Assembly: GCA_934247115.1 (NCBI GenBank) | Contig: CAKQIY010000011.1 | Span: forward strand, 449-64,448 | Direction of reading: 5' to 3' | Length of the DNA stretch: 64,000 bases | DNA from: an uncultured Coprococcus sp. | GTDB lineage: Bacteria; Bacillota; Clostridia; Lachnospirales; Lachnospiraceae | Shown here: positions 19,504 to 28,867 of the stretch, in pieces | Layout: each line of letters opens with the position of its first letter | Numbering within the stretch: the first letter of the stretch is position 1 | Program-made: the position numbers and the translations under genes | Notes under the pieces: generated by a model | Database searches by the model: none | Seen by the model: only the letters and a program-made list of their open reading frames with translations | Told to the model about the DNA's origin: nothing

Positions 19504-20946
19504 ATGAAGGTAGATATGAAAAGAAGATATACAAGAAGTCAAAGACAACAGATAGTAAAGTTCAGAACCCTGGCGGTGTTGGGATTTGCTGCGGTTATGG
19601 CTATAGGAGCATTTATAGGCCTGATATTCTTTGCAAGACCAAAGACATCGAAGACAGAGAAGAGAGAGCTTGCAAAGTTTCCGTCGTTCACCATAACATC
19701 ATTCCTGGATGGATCGTATTTTGAGGATGTATCTCTGTGGTATTCAGATACATATCCTATGAGAGACAAGCTTGTGGCAGCTGATCAGAAGCTTAAGTCA
19801 CTTTATGGTATTAATGCCGGAACCCAGGTGGTTGGAAGCGGCTCGAAGGGTGATGACATTCCGGACATAGAAGAGAATGATGGAACAGCTACGCCGGAGG
19901 ATGCGGTCATGGCAACCACGGAGTCGACAACGGAGGACCCGGAGATCGGCTTCCCTGCCAGCAAGACGGCAGGCAACAGAAAGGATATCACACCTGAGAG
20001 CAGTACAGTTCAGACTGTGGATCCGCCAGATTCAAAGGCCATGGATGAGGCTTTCCAGAAACAGCTTCAGGATAATCTGTATGTGAAGGATGGTTCTGCA
20101 TACAGCCTGTATTATTTTGTACAGGATTCTGCAACAGAGTATATAGATGCCATCAACAATGCTGCTGCACAGCTGGCAGGCAGGACAAATGTATATGATA
20201 TACTCGTGCCAAACAATTCGGGAGTATTGCTCTCAGATGATGATCTGAAGAAGCTTGGAGGCTCAGATCAGAAGCAGGCTATAGAATATTATTACAGCAA
20301 GATGAAGGGCGTTAAGACAGTTGATATATTTGATACATTGAAGTCCCACAAGGATGAATATATATTCTTCAGGACAGATCATCACTGGACTGCAGATGGG
20401 GCCTTCTATGCATATGAGGATTTCTGCAAGGTCAAGGGTATAACAGAGATTCCTCTGGCGGACAGGAAGAAGGATACATTTGAGGGCTTCCTTGGAAGCT
20501 TCTACAATACTCTGCAGAACTCAGATATGAAGAAGAATCCTGACACGATATATGCGTATGAGCCTATAGGAACGAATGACATGACATACTGGAATGACGA
20601 TGGCTCTGAACAGAAGTGGAACGTTATCATGGATGTGAATGGATGGGATAAGGGTACCATGTATTCAACATTTGTGGGCGGTGACAATCCGATGGCAGTT
20701 ATAGAGAATCCACAGGTGACAGATGGATCATCATGTGTAGTCATGAAGGAATCGTATGGCAATGCGTTCATACCATTCCTTGTGGATCACTATTCTACAA
20801 TATATATCATAGATTACAGATATGCACAGGTTAATATTCTGGACTTTGTAAAGGACAAGAAGGTTGATGATATCATATGCATTAACAACATATCTCTCAT
20901 CGGAGACCAGGATGTGGTAGCAACCATAAACAGTCTGCTGCAGTAA
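19504..20946 (+). CDS. DHHW-motif protein (AlgJ/AlgX-like extracytoplasmic acyltransferase partner of MBOAT)
   Basis: 480 aa with an N-terminal TM anchor. Signature FFRTDHHWT. Lies immediately downstream of the MBOAT gene. Contains an acidic low-complexity linker (TESTTEDPE). Confidence 0.8.
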   Translation: MKVDMKRRYTRSQRQQIVKFRTLAVLGFAAVMAIGAFIGLIFFARPKTSKTEKRELAKFPSFTITSFLDGSYFEDVSLWYSDTYPMRDKLVAADQKLKSLYGINAGTQVVGSGSKGDDIPDIEENDGTATPEDAVMATTESTTEDPEIGFPASKTAGNRKDITPESSTVQTVDPPDSKAMDEAFQKQLQDNLYVKDGSAYSLYYFVQDSATEYIDAINNAAAQLAGRTNVYDILVPNNSGVLLSDDDLKKLGGSDQKQAIEYYYSKMKGVKTVDIFDTLKSHKDEYIFFRTDHHWTADGAFYAYEDFCKVKGITEIPLADRKKDTFEGFLGSFYNTLQNSDMKKNPDTIYAYEPIGTNDMTYWNDDGSEQKWNVIMDVNGWDKGTMYSTFVGGDNPMAVIENPQVTDGSSCVVMKESYGNAFIPFLVDHYSTIYIIDYRYAQVNILDFVKDKKVDDIICINNISLIGDQDVVATINSLLQ

Positions 20947-21015
20947 GGAACAAGGGTAAGTGTTGTGATGGGTACACAACAGCACACATTTTTTGAGCTT
21001 GGGGGAGCTTAGAAC

Positions 21016-23325
21016 ATGAATAAAAGATTGAATATCGGTTTGCTGGTGGACGATGTTGATGCGGTATTCACAAGTCCGGCAGTACAGGGGGCAGAGCTTG
21101 GAGCGAAGGCAATAGATGCCAATCTGTTTATCGTTCCCGGAAGATACCTGGATAATGCAGATGAATTTCAGAAGGACAAAAAGTATGGCTATCAGTACAA
21201 TACACTGTTTGAGTATGTCAAGAACAGCAACATTGATGTGCTCTATGTGATGATGGGAATGATAGGCGCAAGAGTTACGGAGAAGGTCAAGATCAGGTTC
21301 CTTGAAGGATTCGGGGATATCCCGATAGTTACCATGTACACGAGGACCAAGGGCTATCCATCTATTATATTTGACAACAAATGTGCATTTGTACAGGGTA
21401 TAACTCACATAATAAAGGATCATCACGCCAGAAAGCTGGGATATGTGAGTGGTCCGATGACCAATGTGGATGCGGTGGAGCGACTGGAGGCGTACAGGGA
21501 AGCTCTCGAACATGCTGGCATTCCATATAATGACGACTATGTTGTATATGGTAATTTCGAGGAGAGCAGTGAAGAACTGATAGGTGAGCTTGTAGACAGA
21601 TTCCCTGACCTTGATGCTGTCATATTTGCAAATGACAGAATGGCATTTGGAGGATACAGGGCATTTGAGAAGAGAGGAATACGTCCGGGAGAGGATATAG
21701 CAGTTCTGGGCTTTGATAACGCAGAGTTTGCGCCGGGACTCAACCCACCACTGTCCACAGTTGAGGCGAATGCGGCTGAGCTTGCATATAAGGCGATAGT
21801 ACAGGCTGAGAGATTCTACAACAGGGATGACGATATAGATCTGTATGTGGATGCCAGGCTTGTACTCAGAGAATCCTGTGGCTGTACTGGAATCAACATA
21901 GAATCCATAGTGTCACAGACTGGGATAGATGGAATCCTGGATGACAGCAGAAGAAGAGATGCACACGAAAAGGTGTGTGATTATCTGTTCAATGATTATA
22001 TAGACAGTGATGAGGCTGCTGCGGTGAGGCGCAGTGTGGTGGGCTTCCTTGATGATATGGCAGACTATACTCGCAGCGGATACATCAGATTTAACGGAGC
22101 CCAGATGGAGAAGAGCTTTGCAAGATTGATGAATCGGGCGACATTCAGGTATACGACGCTTGAACAGGTATCCAATGTCATGGCGGCACTTCAGATGGTT
22201 CTGTGTGACAGTCTTGGTACGGAGGATAAGCTGGAGCTTATGCAGATATTCATGGATATGACAAGAAAGCTGTCTCTGCAGAACTGGAAACTTATATACA
22301 ACAGCAACACAGGCATAGGCCGAATGTCCAGATTTATCAACAACATGACAACTGATATGTTCAGAATGGATTCGGGGGAACGTATACCATATGATAGTGC
22401 GCTTGAGAATCTGTCGTATGTGGACATAGCATCAGCATATCTGTTCCTGTATGAAGATCCAATACATCATGAGAGATTTACGGAATTTCATCTGCCTCAG
22501 AAGATAAGGTTTAAGGCGTATTACAGTGACAATCGTGCTTACAGTATAGAAAAGGAAGAACAGGATGTCGACACCAGTGATATATTTGGAATAGACAAGC
22601 TCCCATCGGACAGAAGAGTTACGATGGTACTGTCACCATTGTTTTCCGGGGAGGATATATTCGGTGTGCTTCTGTGTGAGGCTGGATTGGAGAACTTCCG
22701 CAACATAGATCCGGTGAGTGTGCATATATCAACAGCCATTAAATCCATGGTTCTCCTGAAGCAGCAGGATAAGGTCCAGGCACGTCTGGAGGAGACCATG
22801 GCCAAGCTAGTGGAGAACAATGATGCGCTGCAGGTGATGTCCAAGACGGACCAGCTCACCGGACTTCTCAACAGATGGGGCTTTCTGGATGCAGTACAGA
22901 GATTTATGGAGACTGCGGGGACAGATCAGAAAGGCGTATTCATGTACGCTGATATGGATGGCCTGAAAGCGATCAACGATACCTATGGCCATGACGATGG
23001 AGATTTCGCACTGAAGTCAATGGCTTCGATACTCAGGCAGTCGTGCGATGAGGATGTCATTGTATCCAGGTTCGGAGGAGACGAATTTGTCATGTTCAGT
23101 ACCATAGACAGCGATTCTGATGTGGACAGACTGAGGGCCCGTATATGGTCAGAGACGGTAGTGTTTAACAGTGGGATCAATAAGCCATATCGTATTGATA
23201 TGAGTACAGGTACATGCGTGGTTGAGTGCCGGCCGGACATAGATGTGTTCCAGGCGCTTGCAACTGCTGACCGACTTCTCTATCAGGAGAAGCGGGCAAA
23301 GAAGCTTCGCAGGATGGCTGAGTAA
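21016..23325 (+). CDS. Cytoplasmic LacI-type sugar-binding (PBP) domain fused to a GGDEF diguanylate cyclase
   Basis: 769 aa. Starts directly in the PBP core (NIGLLVDDVD) with no HTH and no TM segment. Intact active site RFGGDEFV (23074-23088) and LTGLLNRWGF. Confidence 0.88.
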   Translation: MNKRLNIGLLVDDVDAVFTSPAVQGAELGAKAIDANLFIVPGRYLDNADEFQKDKKYGYQYNTLFEYVKNSNIDVLYVMMGMIGARVTEKVKIRFLEGFGDIPIVTMYTRTKGYPSIIFDNKCAFVQGITHIIKDHHARKLGYVSGPMTNVDAVERLEAYREALEHAGIPYNDDYVVYGNFEESSEELIGELVDRFPDLDAVIFANDRMAFGGYRAFEKRGIRPGEDIAVLGFDNAEFAPGLNPPLSTVEANAAELAYKAIVQAERFYNRDDDIDLYVDARLVLRESCGCTGINIESIVSQTGIDGILDDSRRRDAHEKVCDYLFNDYIDSDEAAAVRRSVVGFLDDMADYTRSGYIRFNGAQMEKSFARLMNRATFRYTTLEQVSNVMAALQMVLCDSLGTEDKLELMQIFMDMTRKLSLQNWKLIYNSNTGIGRMSRFINNMTTDMFRMDSGERIPYDSALENLSYVDIASAYLFLYEDPIHHERFTEFHLPQKIRFKAYYSDNRAYSIEKEEQDVDTSDIFGIDKLPSDRRVTMVLSPLFSGEDIFGVLLCEAGLENFRNIDPVSVHISTAIKSMVLLKQQDKVQARLEETMAKLVENNDALQVMSKTDQLTGLLNRWGFLDAVQRFMETAGTDQKGVFMYADMDGLKAINDTYGHDDGDFALKSMASILRQSCDEDVIVSRFGGDEFVMFSTIDSDSDVDRLRARIWSETVVFNSGINKPYRIDMSTGTCVVECRPDIDVFQALATADRLLYQEKRAKKLRRMAE

Positions 23326-23378
23326 GACAGATATAAATAGACAAAATATATAAAGGCTTGAAAGAAGGAGGATGTATC

Positions 23379-24161
23379 ATGGAGAGATTAGGTTTCATAG
23401 GTATGGGTAATATGGCACAGGCACTCTGTGCAGGATTTGTGAATTCAGGGAAGATAGCGGCTGAGAGTGTATATGCATATGCACCACATTATGACAAGCT
23501 GGTGAAGAACTCAGAGAAGTATGGATTTACCCCGTGTAAGACACTTGCAGAGCTGGTGGATGCCGTGGATACGGTCATCATGGCATGCAAGCCTTATCAG
23601 ATCAATGACGTTCTCGTTGAGATAGGAGAGAGACTTCACGGCAAGGCTCTTGTGTCGGTGGCAGCTGGCTGGGATTTTAAAAAGTACAGTGAGTATTTTG
23701 ACAGTTCGGTGAGAGTACAGTTTGTAATGCCGAATACTCCTGCCATGGTATATGAGGGAGTTATGCTCTTTGAGGCACAGAATTCCCTTGAGGAGGAAGA
23801 AAGGACACAGATCAAAGAGCTGTTCGCGGCTGTGGGAATTGTGGAGGAGCTTCCATCGAATCTCATGGGTATAGGTGGAGCAGTTACAGGATGTGGTCCT
23901 GCATTTGTTGACCTGTTCATAGAGGGCTATGCGGACGCTGCCGTGAAGTACGGCGTGCCTAGACAGACTGCGTACAGACTCATATCACAGATGATCCTGG
24001 GATCTGCCAAGCTTCAGCTTGAGACCGGTGAGCATCCGGGTGTGCTGAAGGACAACGTGTGCTCCCCTGCGGGAACAACCATCTGCGGTGTGGCATCTCT
24101 TGAGGAGTCAGGCCTCAGAAGTGCCTGCATTAAGTCTATCGATTCGATCATGAATAAGTAA
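23379..24161 (+). CDS. proC: Pyrroline-5-carboxylate reductase
   Basis: N-terminus LGFIGMGNMAQAL, C-terminus VCSPAGTTI. The ATG at 23379 follows SD gaaggagga; the track start is 23358. Confidence 0.9.
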   Translation: MERLGFIGMGNMAQALCAGFVNSGKIAAESVYAYAPHYDKLVKNSEKYGFTPCKTLAELVDAVDTVIMACKPYQINDVLVEIGERLHGKALVSVAAGWDFKKYSEYFDSSVRVQFVMPNTPAMVYEGVMLFEAQNSLEEEERTQIKELFAAVGIVEELPSNLMGIGGAVTGCGPAFVDLFIEGYADAAVKYGVPRQTAYRLISQMILGSAKLQLETGEHPGVLKDNVCSPAGTTICGVASLEESGLRSACIKSIDSIMNK

Positions 24162-24173
24162 TAACGGCAAAGC

Positions 24174-24210
24174 CCCTGTATGATTGAAATATCATACAGG
24201 GACTTTTTTA
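24174..24210 (+). terminator. Terminator between convergent proC and the histidine kinase gene
   Basis: Stem ccctgtatgat (24174-24184) pairs with atcatacaggg (24191-24201), followed by actttttta. Confidence 0.7.
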
Positions 24211-24222
24211 TTCCTTGACTTT

Positions 24223-26802
24223 TTATTTCTTGAATTTTGAGAGGATGCTTATAAGCTGTCTTATGTTCAGTGGCTTTGACAGGTGCTCGTTCATGCCCGC
24301 CAGACGGCATCTTTCTAGATCTTTAGCAAATGTGTTGGCAGTGATGGCGATGATAGGGATGTTCTGTGCATCCGGATGCTCGAGCTTTCTTATGGCGTAG
24401 GACGCTGAGATTCCATCCATCACAGGCATCTGAAGATCCATAAGGATGCCGTCGTAGGTTCCGGCAGCAGATGTGGAGAACATGTCAACGCACACGGAGC
24501 CGTCCTCAGCGCGCTCACAGGAGATACCATTCATACCCAGAAGCTCAGACACGACCTCATAGTTGAGTTCGTTATCTTCTGCCACCAGAAGGTGCATTCC
24601 TGCACACAGGGATTCTGCGTCGCTGCTATCACCGGATTGTCCAGACCACAGATCATCCTTTATGATATAAGGGACGTCGATGCTTACCTCGATGATAGTT
24701 CCACCACCCGGATTGCTCTGTACTGTGATGGTACCCTGCATTAGATCCACAAGCTCCTTTACTATGGCGAGCCCCAGACCGCTTCCGCGCACTTTGCTGA
24801 TCCTGGTGTCTGTCTCGCGGGAGAATTTGTTGAACATGCTCGCCTGATATTCAGGCTTTATTCCAATTCCCGTGTCGCTTATTCTGGCGACGAGACGTAT
24901 CTTATCGGAGCCAGGTATATTCTCCTCATATAATTCAAACCCAACGTCGCCATGACCAGGTGTGAACTTGATGGAGTTAGACAGCAGGTTAGAGTAGATC
25001 TGTTTCAGCTTGAGTCCATCGGCCAGGATGTAGTCGTGATATATATCGTGACAGTTGAAGGTTATATTGAGTCCGTCGTTCATGAGAGCCTGATCGAAAA
25101 CCATGTTCAGAGTATGACACAGCTCGGATACAGATGTTTCACAAGGCTTAAGCTGCTGTCTGCCGTTTTCCAGATTCGTTATGTCAAGGATGTTGCTGAC
25201 GAGCTGTTCTATATAAGCCCCGGACGTCCTGAGCTTGCCCAGACAGTCGTCCATCTTGCTTGAATCGCCTAGTGATTGCTTTGCTATGTCGGCAAATCCC
25301 ATTACGGCATTCAGAGGTGTTCTTATGTCGTGAGCCATCTTGGACAGAAACTCGGACTTTGCCTCGTTTGCCTTGTTGGCCTCCTCTGCCAGGAGCATCC
25401 AGCTCTGTTCACGTCTCTTTTGTTCGCTGATAAGCCTTGTTACATACAGTATGTTGGTCACGTTGCCAAGAGCATCTCGCTTCTTCACAATAAATCTTGC
25501 CGAGTGCCAGTTGCCGTCGTTGGCGAGATAATCCATGGCTATGGTCTCGTCTGTGTGGAGACGCTCTGCGATGGTCGACAGATCAAAGAAATCAAGTATC
25601 TTGTCCTGATATTCGGGAACGACGAAGCGGTGACACAGCTCCTTCATCTTGGAGGAAGCTCTTCCCATGCGGCCTGTAAGTCTGTGTACCTTGTTATCGC
25701 TGGACACCTCCTCGTACATGTCCTGTGTAAGATCTATCCTGTATATTGAGAAGTAGATCTTGCTTATGGCGGATATGATCTCATTGTTCAGGTTAGCCTC
25801 GTCAAGTGCCTCCTGGAGCTGCCTCCTCGAATTTTGTTCAAAGCTCACAAGCTCGTCTATCTGCTTGAAGCCAATCAGCACCCTTGAAGATGAAGCCGCT
25901 GAAAAAGGGAATATCTCAGCCTCAAAGTTTTCCTGGCCCACTGCGTTCGGAGTCACCCGGTATCTGTAAGAAAGCTTAGGGTGAGCGGCAAGATGATTCT
26001 GTATATGCTCTGCGCTGAGGATTTCTGTGAAGTCCGGGGCAGATTCTTTGATGACATATTTTTCGTAATACTGTCCGATCAGCTCTGAGTAGCAGAATGT
26101 TTTCTCAGCTTTGATGTCGTGTATGTGGGCAGCATTTGCCGCTGGGTCAAGCTTTAAAGGCTCGAGAGAATCATTCTGAAGATCCACGCAGTAGACGGAT
26201 ATGTAGTCCGTGCACAGAACAGACATGAACGTCCTTTCACGGTTCAGATCCGACAGGCTCTTTTCGAGAGAATTATTGCGCTGCTCAAGAAGCTCGGTCA
26301 TTCTGAGAGTCTCCCTTACATTTCCGAGATGACCGCCCACAACCCCAAGCAGACTTATAAAGGATTCCGAACTCTCTATGTGGGGATTGTCCACACCGAT
26401 AAAGCCTTTGAGCTGGTCCTTATAGAAGATAGGAAATGCTATTTCAGAGTGAATATCCTGCATGACCAGAAGCTGATACTCGGAAGGCATTAGATCCTTC
26501 ACATCCTCCACGTTATCTATGATCATACTGTCGCCGCGCTCAAATGCTTCCAGCCAGTAAGGCATGTCGGCGGAATCCACGGACTGAAGATTGTCAATCC
26601 ATGGCTGCACATTGTCACCGCACCACTCATATGAGTTGCGGAATATGTTGTCAGTCTCATCCCAGTCAAAAATATAAACTCGTTCTGACGAAGTGCAACT
26701 TCCGATGATACGGAGCAGAGTCTGTATGGATGCTCGGAGTTCAAAACGGTTTTGGGCTCTGTCAATGGCAACCATCTGCTGTAGTATAACAAAATTATCC
26801 AT
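24223..26802 (-). CDS. Cytoplasmic hybrid sensor histidine kinase (GAF-like N-terminus, HisKA, HATPase, REC)
   Basis: 859 aa with no TM segment. H-box AHDIRTPLNAV. ATPase boxes LLSNSIKFT, DTGIGI, GSGLGLAIV. C-terminal receiver LMDLQMPVMDG. Confidence 0.9.
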   Translation of the reverse strand: MDNFVILQQMVAIDRAQNRFELRASIQTLLRIIGSCTSSERVYIFDWDETDNIFRNSYEWCGDNVQPWIDNLQSVDSADMPYWLEAFERGDSMIIDNVEDVKDLMPSEYQLLVMQDIHSEIAFPIFYKDQLKGFIGVDNPHIESSESFISLLGVVGGHLGNVRETLRMTELLEQRNNSLEKSLSDLNRERTFMSVLCTDYISVYCVDLQNDSLEPLKLDPAANAAHIHDIKAEKTFCYSELIGQYYEKYVIKESAPDFTEILSAEHIQNHLAAHPKLSYRYRVTPNAVGQENFEAEIFPFSAASSSRVLIGFKQIDELVSFEQNSRRQLQEALDEANLNNEIISAISKIYFSIYRIDLTQDMYEEVSSDNKVHRLTGRMGRASSKMKELCHRFVVPEYQDKILDFFDLSTIAERLHTDETIAMDYLANDGNWHSARFIVKKRDALGNVTNILYVTRLISEQKRREQSWMLLAEEANKANEAKSEFLSKMAHDIRTPLNAVMGFADIAKQSLGDSSKMDDCLGKLRTSGAYIEQLVSNILDITNLENGRQQLKPCETSVSELCHTLNMVFDQALMNDGLNITFNCHDIYHDYILADGLKLKQIYSNLLSNSIKFTPGHGDVGFELYEENIPGSDKIRLVARISDTGIGIKPEYQASMFNKFSRETDTRISKVRGSGLGLAIVKELVDLMQGTITVQSNPGGGTIIEVSIDVPYIIKDDLWSGQSGDSSDAESLCAGMHLLVAEDNELNYEVVSELLGMNGISCERAEDGSVCVDMFSTSAAGTYDGILMDLQMPVMDGISASYAIRKLEHPDAQNIPIIAITANTFAKDLERCRLAGMNEHLSKPLNIRQLISILSKFKK

Positions 26803-27052
26803 AAAATACCCCCTTTATGTGTGTAGGTTTTTGAAATATTAATACATAAGGCTCTGTTTTTAAGACAATTTTACCTATTTTGAGAGAAAAAATCCATATT
26901 AATGGCAATTAATTCCATAGACAATATTTGTTAAAGACAATAGAATTAATGTGGGTATTTACAAAGAGCTTGCGTAATTATACAAAAGATCCAATATATG
27001 AAAAATACAAAAGCAGTTGCAAGTGAAAATACTACATTGAGGAGTGGATCAA

Positions 27053-28162
27053 ATGAGAGAAAAAGTATTGATAGTCGATGACATTGAGCTGAATAGAGGG
27101 ATACTTGCAGTTGCACTTGGTGATAAGTATGAAGTGATCCAGGCTGCTGATGGTGTGCAGACCATAGACATACTGAAGTCTGAGAGTGAAGGGATAACAG
27201 CGATGCTCCTTGATCTGATCATGCCGAATGTCGATGGATACGCGGTGCTTGATTACATGAGAGAACACGGACTGCTTGACAGGATACCGGTAATAGTCAT
27301 AAGTGCGGAATCTGCTAGGGATGTTGAGGTAAAGTGTCTTGAAATGGGGGTTACGGATTTTGTCAGAAAGCCATTTGACATTGTGACAGTCAGACGCAGG
27401 GTCAAGAATACCGTGGATCTGTTCATGTATAAGAATCATCTGGAGGATAAAGTCAGACTGCAGACAAGAGAGCTGGAGGAGAAGAACAAACTGTTTCAGG
27501 CTCAGGCAGAGCAGATACGTGAGACCAATGAGAAGATAGTGGACGTTTTAGGCACGGTTGTTGAATACAGAAATCTTGAGAGCGGTGAGCACATCAAGAG
27601 GGTAAAGAAATTTACCAATATACTTGCAGAGAAGGCTGCGGAGAAATATCCGGAGTACGGCCTTACACCGGAGAAGATAGCTGTAATAGTTGCAGCCAGT
27701 CCACTTCATGACATAGGCAAGATAGCCATCAAGGACAGTGTGCTCCTGAAGCCGGGCAGGCTTACAGATGAAGAGTTTGAATATATGAAGACCCACACGA
27801 CAAAGGGCTGTGAGATACTTACACAGATTGCAGGCACGTGGAGTGAGGAATACGAGAAGATCAGCTATGAGATATGCCGCCACCATCATGAGAGATATGA
27901 TGGAAAGGGCTATCCTGACGGACTGGCCGGTGAGGATATACCGATATCGGCACAGCTTGTGTCCATAGCGGATGTGTATGACGCTCTTGTGAGTGACAGG
28001 GTATACAAGAAGGCTATAGAGAAGGGCAAGGCATATCAGATGATACTTGATGGAGAGTGTGGAACATTTTCACCGAGACTTATAGAGTGCTTCAAAGAAT
28101 CCAGACAGGAATTTGAAGAGCTTGCGTGCAGATATGAGATGAAGAAGGAGAACCAGATATGA
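27053..28162 (+). CDS. Response regulator with HD-GYP output domain (c-di-GMP phosphodiesterase type)
   Basis: REC motifs VLIVDDIE and LDLIMPNVDG. HD-GYP motifs PLHDIGK and HHERYDGKGYP. The ATG at 27053 follows SD gaggag; the track GTG start is 27044. Confidence 0.9.
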   Translation: MREKVLIVDDIELNRGILAVALGDKYEVIQAADGVQTIDILKSESEGITAMLLDLIMPNVDGYAVLDYMREHGLLDRIPVIVISAESARDVEVKCLEMGVTDFVRKPFDIVTVRRRVKNTVDLFMYKNHLEDKVRLQTRELEEKNKLFQAQAEQIRETNEKIVDVLGTVVEYRNLESGEHIKRVKKFTNILAEKAAEKYPEYGLTPEKIAVIVAASPLHDIGKIAIKDSVLLKPGRLTDEEFEYMKTHTTKGCEILTQIAGTWSEEYEKISYEICRHHHERYDGKGYPDGLAGEDIPISAQLVSIADVYDALVSDRVYKKAIEKGKAYQMILDGECGTFSPRLIECFKESRQEFEELACRYEMKKENQI

Positions 28163-28506
28163 ACATAAGAGAGTGTTATGATACAATAGGAGCAGATTTT
28201 GAGGATGTACTTGGCAGACTTGGCAGTGAGAGCCTTATACAGAGATTTGCACTTAAGTTTATAGATGATGGAAGCTACAATGAACTGACAGAGGCTATTG
28301 CGGAGAAGAATGCTGAGAAGGCATTCAGGGCAGCACATACACTGAAGGGGATATGCCTGAACCTTGGACTTAAGAATCTGTATACAGTGAGCTCGGATCT
28401 GACAGAGAAGCTCAGGGGGAGAGAGCTTGATGGATATGAGGCTTTGTATGAGAAGGTCAGTGAACAGTATAAGATAACTGTAAATGCTCTTAAGAGTGTT
28501 GAATAG
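28159..28506 (+). CDS. Histidine phosphotransfer (Hpt) domain protein
   Basis: 115 aa with Hpt signature AAHTLKGICLNLG. Start overlaps the stop of the HD-GYP gene (ATGA at 28159-28162), suggesting translational coupling. Confidence 0.8.
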   Translation: MNIRECYDTIGADFEDVLGRLGSESLIQRFALKFIDDGSYNELTEAIAEKNAEKAFRAAHTLKGICLNLGLKNLYTVSSDLTEKLRGRELDGYEALYEKVSEQYKITVNALKSVE

Positions 28507-28543
28507 ATCATTGTAGTGTGAGAAAAGAGAGGAGATTTATGAG

Positions 28544-28798
28544 ATGAAGAAGAGGGCTGTTGCCAGAATGATGGCGGCTGTTATGGCCGTGAGTATGCTT
28601 GCTGGTTGTGGTGGTTCAGACGGCGATACAGCGAAGAAGGTGAATCTTGATCCAGATCATCCGGTATCACTGAAGATATGGCATTACTACAATGGAACCC
28701 AGCAGGCAATATTTGACAATCTGGTTGATGAGTTCAATGCTACCAAGGGCAAGGATGAATGGACATCTGTCCAAGCCGGTGAACATAGGAAAGTTTGA
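28544..28798 (+). pseudogene. Relic of an ABC-type extracellular solute-binding lipoprotein gene (about the first 70 codons only)
   Basis: Lipobox LAGCGGS and a typical SBP N-terminus KIWHYYNGTQQAIFDNLVDEFNATKGKDE, then loss of similarity and a stop at codon 85. Full-length SBPs are about 400-450 aa. Confidence 0.6.
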
Positions 28799-28867
28799 GG
28801 AAATGCTCTCCAAGGTATGGAGCAGTCATAACAGGAAATTCAGCGTATCGCGCTAGGGGGGATAAAT

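Noticed and set aside
28544-28798. Functional small secreted lipoprotein
   Set aside because: The N-terminal 70 residues match the start of a much larger SBP family and then similarity ends abruptly. I treat it as a gene relic rather than a bona fide 84-aa protein.
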